Shown: positions 52,765-64,000, counted from the stretch's first letter. The stretch is DNA of 64,000 nt from Girardia tigrina (GCA_001938485.1 MQRK01225945.1:16024-80023), one strand, 5' to 3'. A program made the numbers and translations. The notes: generated by a model from the sequence alone, not told the origin.

Positions 52765-53058
52765 TGTAAGGGAAAATTCTGAATGTTGTAAGTTTGTTGT
52801 TTGTACGCTGTTTAGATTTGTGACTCTCTTATTCAGATGGGATTGATATGTTATTGATTAATTATTTAAATATAATGAAATTAATACAATGAGATTATCT
52901 TTTAAATACTAATTAATTAAAGTTTTATAATTATAAATTTTAATAATATTTTTAGTAAACGATTTTAAGTTATTGAATTTAATATATTTTAAAAATTAAT
53001 GTTTATTTAAAAAATTATGTAATGCCTTTTTATCCAATAAAATTATGAGAAATTAAAA
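52765..53058 (+). repeat. Two-box dispersed repeat, copy 7
   Basis: Close relative of 45066-45310, with an extra internal AT-rich segment. Confidence 0.85.
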
Positions 53059-54713
53059 GATAATATTAATCTTGTACCATTAATTAATGTTAATATTTGA
53101 ATATAGACATAAAAATCATATTAATCCAGAATGACGACTCCCGCAGAAATTGATAGTGAAAATGTTTGTGTTGTTAATAAATGTTTATACTCAAGTTGTG
53201 ATGTTGCTAATAATTGCCATTATGGGAGTCGGTTTAATAATGAATGAAATGACTCGCTCTCATTGGCCGACAAATCAGATACAGTTTGACATGCTCGAAT
53301 TGTTTTGTGTCTGGCAAATTTAAAATGAATGATTTGCAAATTGTTGAATTATTTGCAATTTATTGTCGAGTTAATATAGTCGAATTTAGTTGAACTTGAC
53401 AATTTATTAACGATTTTGATTGAAAAAATTGTGTCTCTAATATTTTTGAAACGAAAATTTATTGAGTTATTTTGAAAACAAATATTGTGTTTTTAAGAGA
53501 ATTTTTACGAATTGAAAATATTTTCTAAGTTGACGAATTACGAGTGCATTTTCCAAATTTTTGATATAGTATAATTTATTTTGACAGAAATTTCTTACTT
53601 TGATTCATGAAGAAGTTAAAAAGAGAAAGATATAAATGATGATCATTCTAAATAGTATAAAATAGGACCAGCAAGAAATGCCAAAGCTTAACGTTTCTAC
53701 GACTCCCGTTCAATCTTCTGAACTACCAGCAGCTCGGATGGAACAATTCCTATTGTGAATTGTCCAAAGTGAAAATTTTGTTTACTATTACGTTATAATT
53801 GATAAACAGTGACAATAAAAGATGAATTCGGATATAAATAGATTGATAAAATTAAAAAAAATAATTAAAAATTATAAAATAAATCATTCAAAAATGAAAC
53901 ATATATTCGTTTCCCTTCTTCAAATTTTCCTTATTTCATTTTGGATATTTGAAGAAGAAATCCGACGACAAAGGAATCCTTCCCTCAGATTTTAGAAGTA
54001 ACAGTTTTCTTTTTTGTGTTATCCTTCTTGTATCGAATTTCCATAAATTTTAATTAGTTTTAAAAATATTTTGATTTTAATTAATTAAGTAAAAAGTAAA
54101 ACTATACTCGAAAATTGCGGATTAAGTTTTGTTTTGAACATTGTTTAGCCTCAAAACTTCACATTTCTTTTAAAGTATTAAATAACATTTCATAAATTCT
54201 ATTGAAAAATTGTTTTTGTAAATTATTTTCTTTACCATTGCTTTTTTTTACTTTTTTCAAAAGTAAAAAAAAGCCCGCTGCACCAGTTGAATGGTTTACA
54301 TCTAAACCCCGCAGTTTGGTGCAGCGTAAAATTTAAAATCCAAAACATTGGTTCATCAGGAGTTCGTATGAGACAGATTGGCAACGTTCAATGAATCCAC
54401 CAGATCTTGTACCATCTGCATTCCCCTGTCAAACGGTCAATGCAAAATTTCCTCTAATTATGATTATTGAAATTTCTGGTCAATTAAAGGGTTCTAATTT
54501 TGTAATTAAAAATATTTAAATCATTTTATTTCAAATAAATATTGTATTTGTTCACAATTGTTTTATAAAAATTTTAAAGTTGTGGGAGGGACTTGACCAC
54601 ATCCACAGTAGTTTTGAAAGTTAGTTGCATCTGTTTAAAGTGCTATGACCATGAAATATAATACATAAAGTTTAATTTATTTCATAATATTAAATTTATT
54701 TTTCATTTTTCAG

Positions 54714-55016
54714 TTGATAATAATAGCAACAGATCAGTCGCGTTTCGATTTACAGCTCACTACGTCTATCAATGTGAATATAACCGTTCAAGATGAAAAT
54801 GATGAAATACCCAAACTTTTGAAACCCCATAATTTTTCCATTGCTGAAAACCAACCCTTTATGACTCACATTGGAACTCTTCGAGCTCAAGATAATGATA
54901 TCGGAGTGAACAGTGATGTCAAATTTTCTTTGGTAACAGACACAAATTCAGTTTACTTTATTCTTTCAAAAAATGGTTCCCTTTTTTCCAGACGTAAATT
55001 TGATAGAGAAGAAAAA
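54714..55016 (+). CDS. Protocadherin-like cadherin, internal exon C
   Basis: TTTCAG acceptor and GTAAGT donor, 101 codons. LIIIATD..VQDENDEIP..IAENQP..AQDNDIGVNSDVKFSL..FDREEK. Confidence 0.93.
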
Positions 55017-56494
55017 GTAAGTTTACCGGAACTTGTCTTGACAGTTTAAAGAATATTTTTCGATTATTTTTGCATCATAAATAATTTTTTAAAAAATTCT
55101 AACATAAAATGGTCATATCGAATTTAAGAATATTGAGAGAATTAAATATTAATATTATTTTTTTTTGTATTTGTAAATAATGTGTATTATTTGTAGTGAT
55201 ATCGAAAGATTATCAACAATTAACACTATTTAATATATATAAATATACAGATTAGATACATATAATTTATTTTTAGATTGATATATATATATATATATAT
55301 TATTATAGTGTAATTTTATCACTGAAATTAAATAATGATAATGAAGTGGTGATATTTAATCGTAAGATTTATTAAAAAAGAAATAAACAAAGGAAAATTA
55401 AACTAAAAGTAATTTTTAAAATCACCACACAATAATAATATAATCTCAAATCATGTAACAGTCAGGGATGAAAGAGCATAAATATCATATTTGTCAAACA
55501 ATAATTTATATTATCCAAATCTTAATTGTTTATTGCCACGTAATAATTTTCATTATAAATTTAGTGTATTAAATAATTATGTCTTCATGGCAATATTGAT
55601 TTATTATTTAACATTTAAAATTCGAAATTGGATAATTTCAAATATTAATAATTATTATATAATTATTGGGAGGGAAGGGGTTTGATTCGCACTTGGGGGG
55701 TGATACGGTTTATCATGACGCAGTGCTGATTACCTTGATCCTATGAAAATGGATAAGTGCATATACTCGTTGCATTTAGTGGATGAAATATTGCAATTTA
55801 GAATTCGATAAAATCCAGAAGTATTATTAAGCAATTGAAAAAAATCGCCAAATTCAATGAGTTAATTATTCAAAATGAGACCAAAAATAAAGACATCGAA
55901 AGATTCTTAAACGACAAATTAACAAAATTAAAACACATAAAAATGCCAACTTCAAAAGTGATTTGGCAAAATCCCGAAATCCACACAAGAATCAAACTGA
56001 AAAACGCTCGGCAATTGTACGACTCGTCTGAGCGATCATTGAAAAATCAATTTATCTTATCGTTATTGATTGTTTTTGCAGTTTATTTTAATATTGTCCC
56101 GAAAATCGTCAATATTAATTTGCAATTTTATCAATTATTTTGGAAAACAGTGATAAATTTGATATTTTTATGCTGCTATTTGTATCAGATCAAAAGCAAC
56201 GTTTCTGAATTCCTTAATTTTTTTTAAATAAGTTTTATTGTAATTAAAAACTTTTAATTTTGTGAAAAAATCAATTTGTTTATGAAGATTTGCGAAATTT
56301 CAATATTTGAAAATTATTCTTGTAATATATTTGTTTTAATCGATTAATTTACTAATTAAAATTGGCACAAAGGTTTTTTTTGTAAATGCGAGTCGCCATG
56401 AATTTGTACTTCGGAATTTTAAAAAATTAATAAAATTTGTCGATATCGTAATTTTGTTTTAATATTCTCCGTTTCAAAGTCAACAATATTTAAC

Positions 56495-57049
56495 ATGGAT
56501 CTGACTGATTTACGACGAACGATTAGATTGTGTAAAGAAGGCATAAATTTTGCGGATCAAAATCTCATAAAATTTACCGGTCGTAATTTTGACAAACCGA
56601 TTTCCAATCAATATCTCCGATTTCTCATCAAACATCGAGTGACGACAAACGTACGCGAACCGAGTCCCAATGAAATTAAGAAACCGCGAGGGGTTTCACG
56701 AGACGATTCTCGTCGTAAGGATAATAAAAAATGGGGCTCTAATAATTCTAGCCCGCAACGAAATGATGGTGACCTGAAATGGAGCTCACCTGATTCTAGC
56801 TCTCTTAGGAATGATAATAAATGGGAGCCCGTGTCCATTTCGACAGTGTCGCGGATTGAGATTCGGAGTTTCTCCCCCGGTGAGACTATGAATTTAAGCC
56901 CCCCGCGTACCGCAGATCATCCATCAATGCCACCACGCTACGCCCGCTCTCGCACAACCAGAAGGAAATTTTCTTGTTTCTGCTTTTCTTTTCACTATAA
57001 TGGACTCTTGTTTCACCTTCTGCTTCTCTTCCTCCATATAAATAAATAA
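56495..57049 (+). CDS. Orphan intronless ORF, Arg/Ser/Pro-rich with internal KW-S-x-x-SS-x-x-RND repeats
   Basis: 184-codon open frame in very AT-rich DNA, AACATGG start context and AATAAA at the end. The repeats differ at synonymous positions. Confidence 0.5.
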   Translation: MDLTDLRRTIRLCKEGINFADQNLIKFTGRNFDKPISNQYLRFLIKHRVTTNVREPSPNEIKKPRGVSRDDSRRKDNKKWGSNNSSPQRNDGDLKWSSPDSSSLRNDNKWEPVSISTVSRIEIRSFSPGETMNLSPPRTADHPSMPPRYARSRTTRRKFSCFCFSFHYNGLLFHLLLLFLHINK

Positions 57050-57720
57050 AGTAAAAATCACAAACACTTCATAAAAATGAATAAACAAATATGTATAGCC
57101 ACTGTAAAACGAATATGTATACCACAATACATTTACGGAGATAAATGTATTACTATATAAATAAAATAAATTCTTTTTTGCTGGTCTACAAAAATTATGA
57201 ATGGAATTATTTTGAAACGAGTATTAGAAGAATTTAGATAAGATGATTCAGGATGTTTAATTGATGTCAGTGAATTAGCATAAATAAATAAATCCCTCAT
57301 TCAAATAACTGTGACTATAATTATCCTAGATGTGTTTCTTGGAACATGAGGTAAAAGAAAATCGATTTTCTAGGTGATTGTAGAGAATATAACACTTAAT
57401 CATTCTAAGAGAGTAAAGAGGAAGTATGTTATTGTTTCTACAGAGTACGCGTAAATTGACAAAAACATTAATTTCAGAAAACCTTCTATGTCCGTTCATA
57501 GGTCGAGATCGGCAAAATAATTTTCCATCAAATNNNNNNNNNNNNNNNNNNNNNNNNNNNNNNNNNNNNNNNNNNNNNNNNNNNNNNNNNNNNNNNNNNN
57601 NNNNNNNNNNNNNNNNNNNNNNNNNNNNNNNNNNNNNNNNNNNNNNNNNNNNNNNNNNNNNNNNNNNNNNNNNNNNNNNNNTTACAGTGAAAGTTTTAAA
57701 TATATTTATATATTATATTT

Positions 57721-58047
57721 TTACAGTGGGAACGAATACCGTTCCTCCAAATTAAACGTTTTCCGAAACGTTTTATCATAACAAAACAGCAAATAAAAAT
57801 ATTTCTCCAAAATCGGCATTTTATGCAACAAACAGTTACCTTGTCTTCCGACAAATACATTCATCGAATTCTTTTTAATATCGTAATACGTAAAATTATT
57901 CCGATTCGATTCACACCCTTTTAAGGAACTCAAATGTAATTTTGTCGTTGTTTTCAAATCGACTTGAGTAAAGGAATCGACGGTAAAACTTTCCCAATAT
58001 GCGGATACGTATTCGCCTTGTGAATTATAACCAATAATCCAGTCAGT
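57721..58047 (-). pseudogene. Orphan ORF fragment of about 108 codons
   Basis: The frame extends upstream of the track ORF: TDWIIGYNSQGEYVSAYWESFTVDSFTQVDLKTTTK...FTYYDIKKNSMNVFVGRQGNCLLHKMPILEKYFYLLF. Confidence 0.4.
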
Positions 58048-58367
58048 TTATTAATATCGTTAAATGGATTGATTCGCAGATTTTCTGGTTAATTTAACGC
58101 TTTGTAAATTACCAATTTAAAATGCCAGTGATATATTTTTTATCTTTGTTAAATTGTCAATTGAATAAATTTTAAACACAAATTTAAAAGCCTTTTTTTT
58201 AATGTGAGAAAATATTTATTTTTCCAAACAAAGAATTGTTGTTATTGATTGACATAAAATGGAATTGTGACCTTTACATGCAAAATTTCTTTCATGAAAA
58301 CAAACACACATTAATACGTGACACACCCACATTGACCACGCTAATCATATCACACTCAATACACTAA

Positions 58368-58535
58368 ATTGGTTAATTTCCCATCACCAGAACACAAGAA
58401 TACACACAAATATATTGCGATTGGTTAATTCAAATCAATTTGATTTTTAATCACAATTTCGAATTGATCAACCAAATTCGCTTTCAAACCCAACAGTTTT
58501 ATATAAAAATTGCGCGTAAAAGTCAATTCGAATTA
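58368..58535 (+). promoter_or_regulatory. Possible Pol II promoter
   Basis: Two ATTGGTTAATT (reverse CCAAT) boxes at about 58368 and 58420, TATATAAAA at about 58500, and an Inr-like TCAATT about 25 nt downstream. Confidence 0.3.
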
Positions 58536-59955
58536 ACAAAAAAAAGAACTCAAATTCCAAACACGTACACCATCACGAAACCAAATGAAATTGATGGTTT
58601 AATAACAATTTTATATAAATATATATTTTTTTTATTTGATTTATTTATTTAAATTTCTTATTTATTTTTACTTTTAATTTAAATACTTAATTTAATGATT
58701 TTATTTAATTTTATATTACTCTAATTATTTATTTAAATGGCAAATATTTATTTATTTAATTTATTTCTTTAAAATTTAAAAACTGGCAAAATGTTCGGTC
58801 AATAGAATCAATGTCCGCTTCAAGAGTAAAAAACCGAAATGACGAATATCGGACTGATACTTTCGCAAATTTTACTATTGTTTGTTTTTATTATTATTTT
58901 AGAACCTATTTTTTCTTTTTTATAATGAGTTTTTCAGACAATATAAAACGCATATTGAATAAAATATTATTAAACTGAAATGAACCTTTCTTTACCTCTT
59001 AGTTTGTAGTAAGGTTGCTGGTGTATATAAAGGTTTATAATTTTTGCATAACGAAATTAAAAAAAACAATTTAGATATACAATTGTAGTGATTTTCTTCT
59101 TTAGTATGACTCTTCTTCATTCAGTTTTATATTTTCCTCATCGTGTTAGTGTTATCCTCTTGATAATATTGCTTGCTACACGTTCTTTTCCTTTATTCAG
59201 TCTAGATTTATTTGCAAAATAAAATGCCATTAATAACAAAATTAATTTCAATTGAATGTCCTAAAAAGAAAAAAATGATACAAATCAAGATGCCAAAATA
59301 TTAGAAAATAAATCTAAAGTAACCCTATTTATAGGACATTTATTTTAACAAAATATTGGTAAATGTACAAGGAAATTGATGTTGCAATTTACTTTACTAA
59401 ACGAATATTTCAAGATTAAAAAAGTAAATATAAACTTTTACCAGAAGATATAATGAAGAGGATGAAACCAGACCAAAATTTGTTACACGAGGAGAATAAA
59501 ACATATTTATCGTCAATGAGGTATTAAACATATGTGAATTTCGCCAATCTGACATTGCTACTGGAAACGGTAACTCTGCATCGCAATTTTCCACCACGAT
59601 AATTAATATTTGATCTTAATATTTATTTAAGTCGTATCTTTAAAATCCTTTTCTATTTTTTTAATCTTCTTTGAACCCTTTCAAATATACAGTATAATAA
59701 GAAAATTATTTAGAAAACTCACATTTTGATTATAAATGATCCATCCAATCCCCAGGTAGCCCCATAGACCGGACAGTGGTAACAGTGGTACACATAAGAA
59801 TCAGGAGCTCAGACTCGTTGTGCTGGGTCCATTTTGTAGTTAGATAGTTTGGAGAGTGCATTGAGAATTAATCTTTTTAGATAAAATTCAATAAAGATAA
59901 GGTCGTATTATATATAAATCTAAATAGATGTAACGACTCGACCTGAGCCGTCCCG

Positions 59956-60657
59956 ATGGTAATTATAACTGATATAAAAGTCGGTTTGACAGGTCGCCGG
60001 GTCGACCGTTCCGCTCGTGGGGCGCGCGCGGCACCTCCGACCAGTGCGGACCAAAGTTTCGTAGTGACGATTTTCTTTGGCTCGATTGCCAATGGTGACG
60101 ATCGCTCGGTCTCTTCGGACAAATACAAATTCAATAGAAACTGTTCGTTGCGCAATATCGATTCTTTATCGATCATCTTCGACAACTTCACACAGATTTG
60201 TGGTGGCGAAAATTACCATTTTTTCGCGCAATTAGAATTCATGATTGCTTTATTCGAGCGAGAGACAGATGATTAAGAAATCGAAGAATTGTGTGAAGAC
60301 GCGGACGCGTTTGTCGATCAGATTTCTTTGTGCAAATTCAAACGCAAATTGCGCGATTTTGATATGGTTCCTTCGACGGACAATTTTTGTTTTCGAATGT
60401 ATATTATTTTGTATGCTTGTCGCTTGATTTTTCTGTAAAAAAACGATCGATGACGAGTGGAAAGGGTAAACGAAAAGTTTTTCGGATTTTCATTTTTGAA
60501 AAAGATCTATGGAACTCTGATGGAGCTGATCGATTTGCTGAGATTCTTGAAGGATTTTCGCACATGGGAATTGTCATTTGTGATGACCATTTTAGAATTT
60601 TATTTGATTAATTTTTGAGACAAACGATTTTTGGCATTTTTATTTTTATTAAAATAA
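59956..60657 (+). pseudogene. Decayed orphan gene: one frame of about 230 codons with four in-frame stops
   Basis: The frame continues past the 60276 stop: *EIEELCEDADAFVDQISLCKFKRKLRDFDMVPSTDNFCFRMYIILYACRLIFL*KNDR*RVERVNEKFFGFSFLKKIYGTLMELIDLLRFLKDFRTWELSFVMTILEFYLINF*. Strongly CpG-rich. Confidence 0.45.
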
Positions 60658-61049
60658 GTCAGTAAAACAATATCGTTTTTGTATTGTTTTTTACGTACAT
60701 TATAAAATAATTTTTAACATAAAAAATAACTTTTTGTATTGAAAGAAAAAAAATTTTTACACGATAAAATAAGTATTTTTACAATAAGTATTTTTTAATG
60801 TTTTTGTTGTAAAATGTTGTGGTACACAACAAGTCGTTTTTATTTTCTCAAACACAAAAAACTTCGCTTTTAAAATTATTTTAATCTTCAATTAATTATT
60901 AAAACATTTTCTCAAAGATCTAAAACCAAATGGCTATCAAAAATTGACGATTCCCTTTTACAATGACTTAAATTTAATTCGTTATCAGAAATTACCGTCG
61001 TATTTATCATTCGGTCTCTCTTTGCATTCTCTCTCTTCATACAATTTCG

Positions 61050-61338
61050 AATTTCGATCGCACACATTCACCGACCCTGGCTGTCAGACCCTGGCTGATT
61101 TTGAAAATCAAAGATAATAAAATGTGGCTCGAATAACTCAAGATAATGGGTGTCGAGAAGTTTTTGCTTCTAAAGACAAAACATGGTATCGACGCGGAAT
61201 AGAACAACTTGCAGAACGTTGGGTACAATGTATTGAACATAATGGACTTTATTTCGAATCATAATCTTTATTGTGCGTTGTTTTATGAACATTTTAATTT
61301 TTAATAAAAAGTGCCCCACAACTTATGACTCACCTTAA
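61050..61338 (+). mobile_element. mariner 3' end with right TIR
   Basis: FASKDKTWYRRGIEQLAERWVQCIEHNGLYFES*, then GTGCCCCACAACTTATGACTCACCTTAA|TA. Confidence 0.8.
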
Positions 61339-61343
61339 TATCA

Positions 61344-61667
61344 GAGGCTACCCGTAATATCAACGGTGTATTAGGTGATGGAACTACAAATAAACGTATG
61401 TTACAACGTTGGTTAAAAAAAATTCAAGGAGATGAGACCTTCGAAGATGATGATGGTCGTGGACGGAAACCTGCTATTGAAAATGAAAGTTTTAATCAAA
61501 TTCAAGCACAAAGGTTTGAGAGCTTGCGGAGGAACTAGGTGTCGCGATAGGAACAATTTCAAACCATCTGCGTGACATTGGGAAATCGAAAAAAATGGAT
61601 AAGTGGATTCCATACGAAGTAAATGACAATCAAAAAATGCGTCGTTTTGAGGCATCATCTTCACTTC

Positions 61668-61672
<5 letters not shown>
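61344..61672 (+). pseudogene. cecropia-like mariner N-terminal fragment ending at (TA)n
   Basis: EATRNINGVLGDGTTNKRMLQRW, GRGRKPAIEN and ELAEELGVAIGTISNHLRDIGKSKKMDKWIPYEVNDNQKMRRFEASSSL. Confidence 0.85.
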
Positions 61673-61711
<39 letters not shown>

Positions 61712-62123
61712 TCGATTTGATTTTGAGTCAGTAGAAGGAATATAAATAAATATAATTTGAATATAATAAAAATAAATTTTAATTGCAAACAATAACTGTT
61801 AATATAATGTAATAAATAATTTTTCTGGACGAATAAAAAGAAAAAACTAAAAATAGTTATGTTTATAATTTTATCAATTACCGAAAATATATTATTAGCG
61901 AAAATAAATCATAGAACCAACGATATTTTGTAAAATAAGCAGATAATTTAAAAGTCACTAACAGTTAGTTGTAATGGAATCACAAATTACTTGATATAAA
62001 GTATACAATATATTTAATCGTACTGGATTATTTCGGAGTATAATTATTCCAGAGAGTCAACGCGGTCTTTTTAGTTCTCGATACTTTTTGATACAATGTG
62101 CTCTTGCAAACAGCTTCATAATA

Positions 62124-63569
62124 CAGTGCGTTCAGAAAGTCACTGTGCACTTTTCATTGTCTGGTTTATTTTTAGATAATCAGCGTTGTAGCAGACTTTT
62201 TAAATTCAAATTTCTATGAAATCGAACTATGAAATAGATTCGTGAACAAAAAACATACCTACACACTTTGAACTTGACACTGAGCGTTTTAAATTTTTAA
62301 AAAAAAATATCATTTTGATATTCAATCTAATCATTGACGAAAGTCAATTTATTGCGAAGTTAATTCCAATTGAAAATGGTTTTGTCAATAGAGGAGAGAA
62401 TATTTTTGATTGAACATGTCTTTCGTGCGAATGATGAATACACAGAAGCAGTGAAGGAAAAATTTGCCAAAAAGTTTCCCGCAACAGCAATACCTCATCG
62501 AAATGCAGTNNNNNNNNNNNNNNNNNNNNNNNNNNNNNNNNNNNNNNNNNNNNNNNNNNNNNNNNNNNNNNNNNNNNNNNNNNNNNNNNNNNNNNNNNNN
62601 NNNNNNNNNNNNNNNNNNNNNNNNNNNNNNNNNNNNNNNNNNNNNNNNNNNNNNNNNNNNNNNNNNNNNNNNNNNNNNNNNNNNNNNNNNNGCCGTGAGG
62701 AAAACTTTAAGCTTATATCCATATCGTGTTACTTGTCAACATGAGTTGAAAGACACAGACTTTGAAAAGCGACTCCAGCTTTGTCATTGGTTCAAGGAAA
62801 ATCTGAATGAAGACGACATGCTCGACAAGACATTTTTTCCGATGAAGTGTGGTTTCATTTGTCTGGATATGTGAGTAGCCAAAATTCTCGAGTTTGGTGC
62901 AGTGAAAATCCGCATGAATTTGTTGAGAAGCCTCTGCATTCCGTGAAAGTTGGAGTATGGTGTGTCATGTCCAGGAGGCGTGTAATTGGTCCCATCTTTT
63001 TTACTGAAACCATAACATCAGAAAGGTACTGCAAGGAAATCCTTTCTGCTTTCATCCACCAATTAACTGAAGAAGAACGATCGACTGGCTATTTTCAGCA
63101 GGATGGTGCAACAGCACATACCGCAAACATTTCGCTTCGTTTTTTGAATGAGATCTTCCAGAAGAGAATCATTTCCAAAGGAATTTGGCCGCCAAGATCC
63201 ACAGATCTAAGTGTTTTTGACTTTTACCTGTGGGGAGCAATAAAGCAAAAGGTTTACCGAAACAAACCACAAACTTTGCAAGACCTACGTGATAACATCC
63301 TACACCAAATTGAAGCCATCACCCAAGAGGAAATTCANNNNNNNNNNNNNNNNNNNNNNNNNNNNNNNNNNNNNNNNNNNNNNNNNNNNNNNNNNNNNNN
63401 NNNNNNNNNNNNNNNNNNNNNNNNNNNNNNNNNNNNNNNNNNNNNNNNNNNNGTCATTGTTCTTCACATAAAATTGACTATTCAAAATATTTTGTTATTG
63501 ATTTTTAGAACACAGGATATCGTTCTTGTTTTGAAATTGCAGGTGCACAGTTACTTATTGAACGCACTG
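62124..63569 (+). mobile_element. Full-length rosa/DD41D-like Tc1/mariner transposon (DD38D spacing; two N gaps)
   Basis: TA|CAGTGCGTTCAGAAAGTCACTGTGCAC ... GTGCACAGTTACTTATTGAACGCACTG|TA. Motifs SIEERIFLIE (DUF4817-like HTH), SDEVWFHLSGYVSSQNSRVW, FQQDGATAHT and WPPRSTDLSVFDFYLWG. Confidence 0.95.
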
Positions 63570-64000
63570 TACTATAATAATGGATTTTGTGAAACAAGTG
63601 ACTGATATTTCAGGAGAATATAATCTGTTGAATTGAATCAGTTGATTGAAATAATGAAGTAATGATAAATTGTTTTTCGGTCAATCAAACATCCAGAATA
63701 ATAATTTTCATTCGGTAAAAAATAATGACAATAATAATTTATTCACTGTGAGTAATTAGAATGTAATTATATTTGATTAATATATTAATTATTATTTTAT
63801 TTTCATAATTTGTTTTTTTAAGTAATGTTTTCAGAAGGTTTAATATTTTTAAGTTTTTTTCTAAAATACAGGAATTCTTTCATCTTCATCTGACAATTGT
63901 TTTATTAAATTTGTTGTCAATTTTGTCATATTCTCTGTCCTAAATAAATCGTATATTTTCCAACAACCATTCGACTGTCACTAAATAAACAAAAAACAAG

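Noticed and set aside
61015-61036. CTCTCT as a Polinton-type terminus for the orphan ORF cluster
   Set aside because: No matching inverted terminus or TSD found.

Overview
Eukaryotic, very AT-rich, gapped draft sequence. The repeat content and the cadherin type suggest a flatworm such as a planarian, but that is inference. The only host gene I can support is three phase-0 plus-strand exons (42771-43115, 44200-44355, 54714-55016) that splice in frame into consecutive cadherin (protocadherin-like) ectodomain repeats. Everything else looks intronic or intergenic and is packed with mobile DNA: about ten Tc1/mariner copies (mellifera-, cecropia-, mauritiana-, maT- and rosa-like), two Mutator-like elements, several Penelope-like retroelement pieces, Tc1- and piggyBac-type MITEs, Helitron/HINE-like elements, foldbacks and a decayed 28S rRNA fragment. 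The most notable signals are: (1) minimal hammerhead ribozyme motifs repeated at the Penelope 3' ends; (2) a locally templated two-donor insertion flanked by a 10-bp duplication; (3) a near-intact rosa-like transposase with DD38D spacing; (4) a seven-copy short repeat with two conserved boxes; (5) a cluster of intronless, CpG-rich orphan ORFs at 55.7-60.7 kb (plus a smaller one at 24 kb) that may be a decayed viral or giant-element insertion. All alignments were done by eye, so boundaries of decayed elements are approximate.
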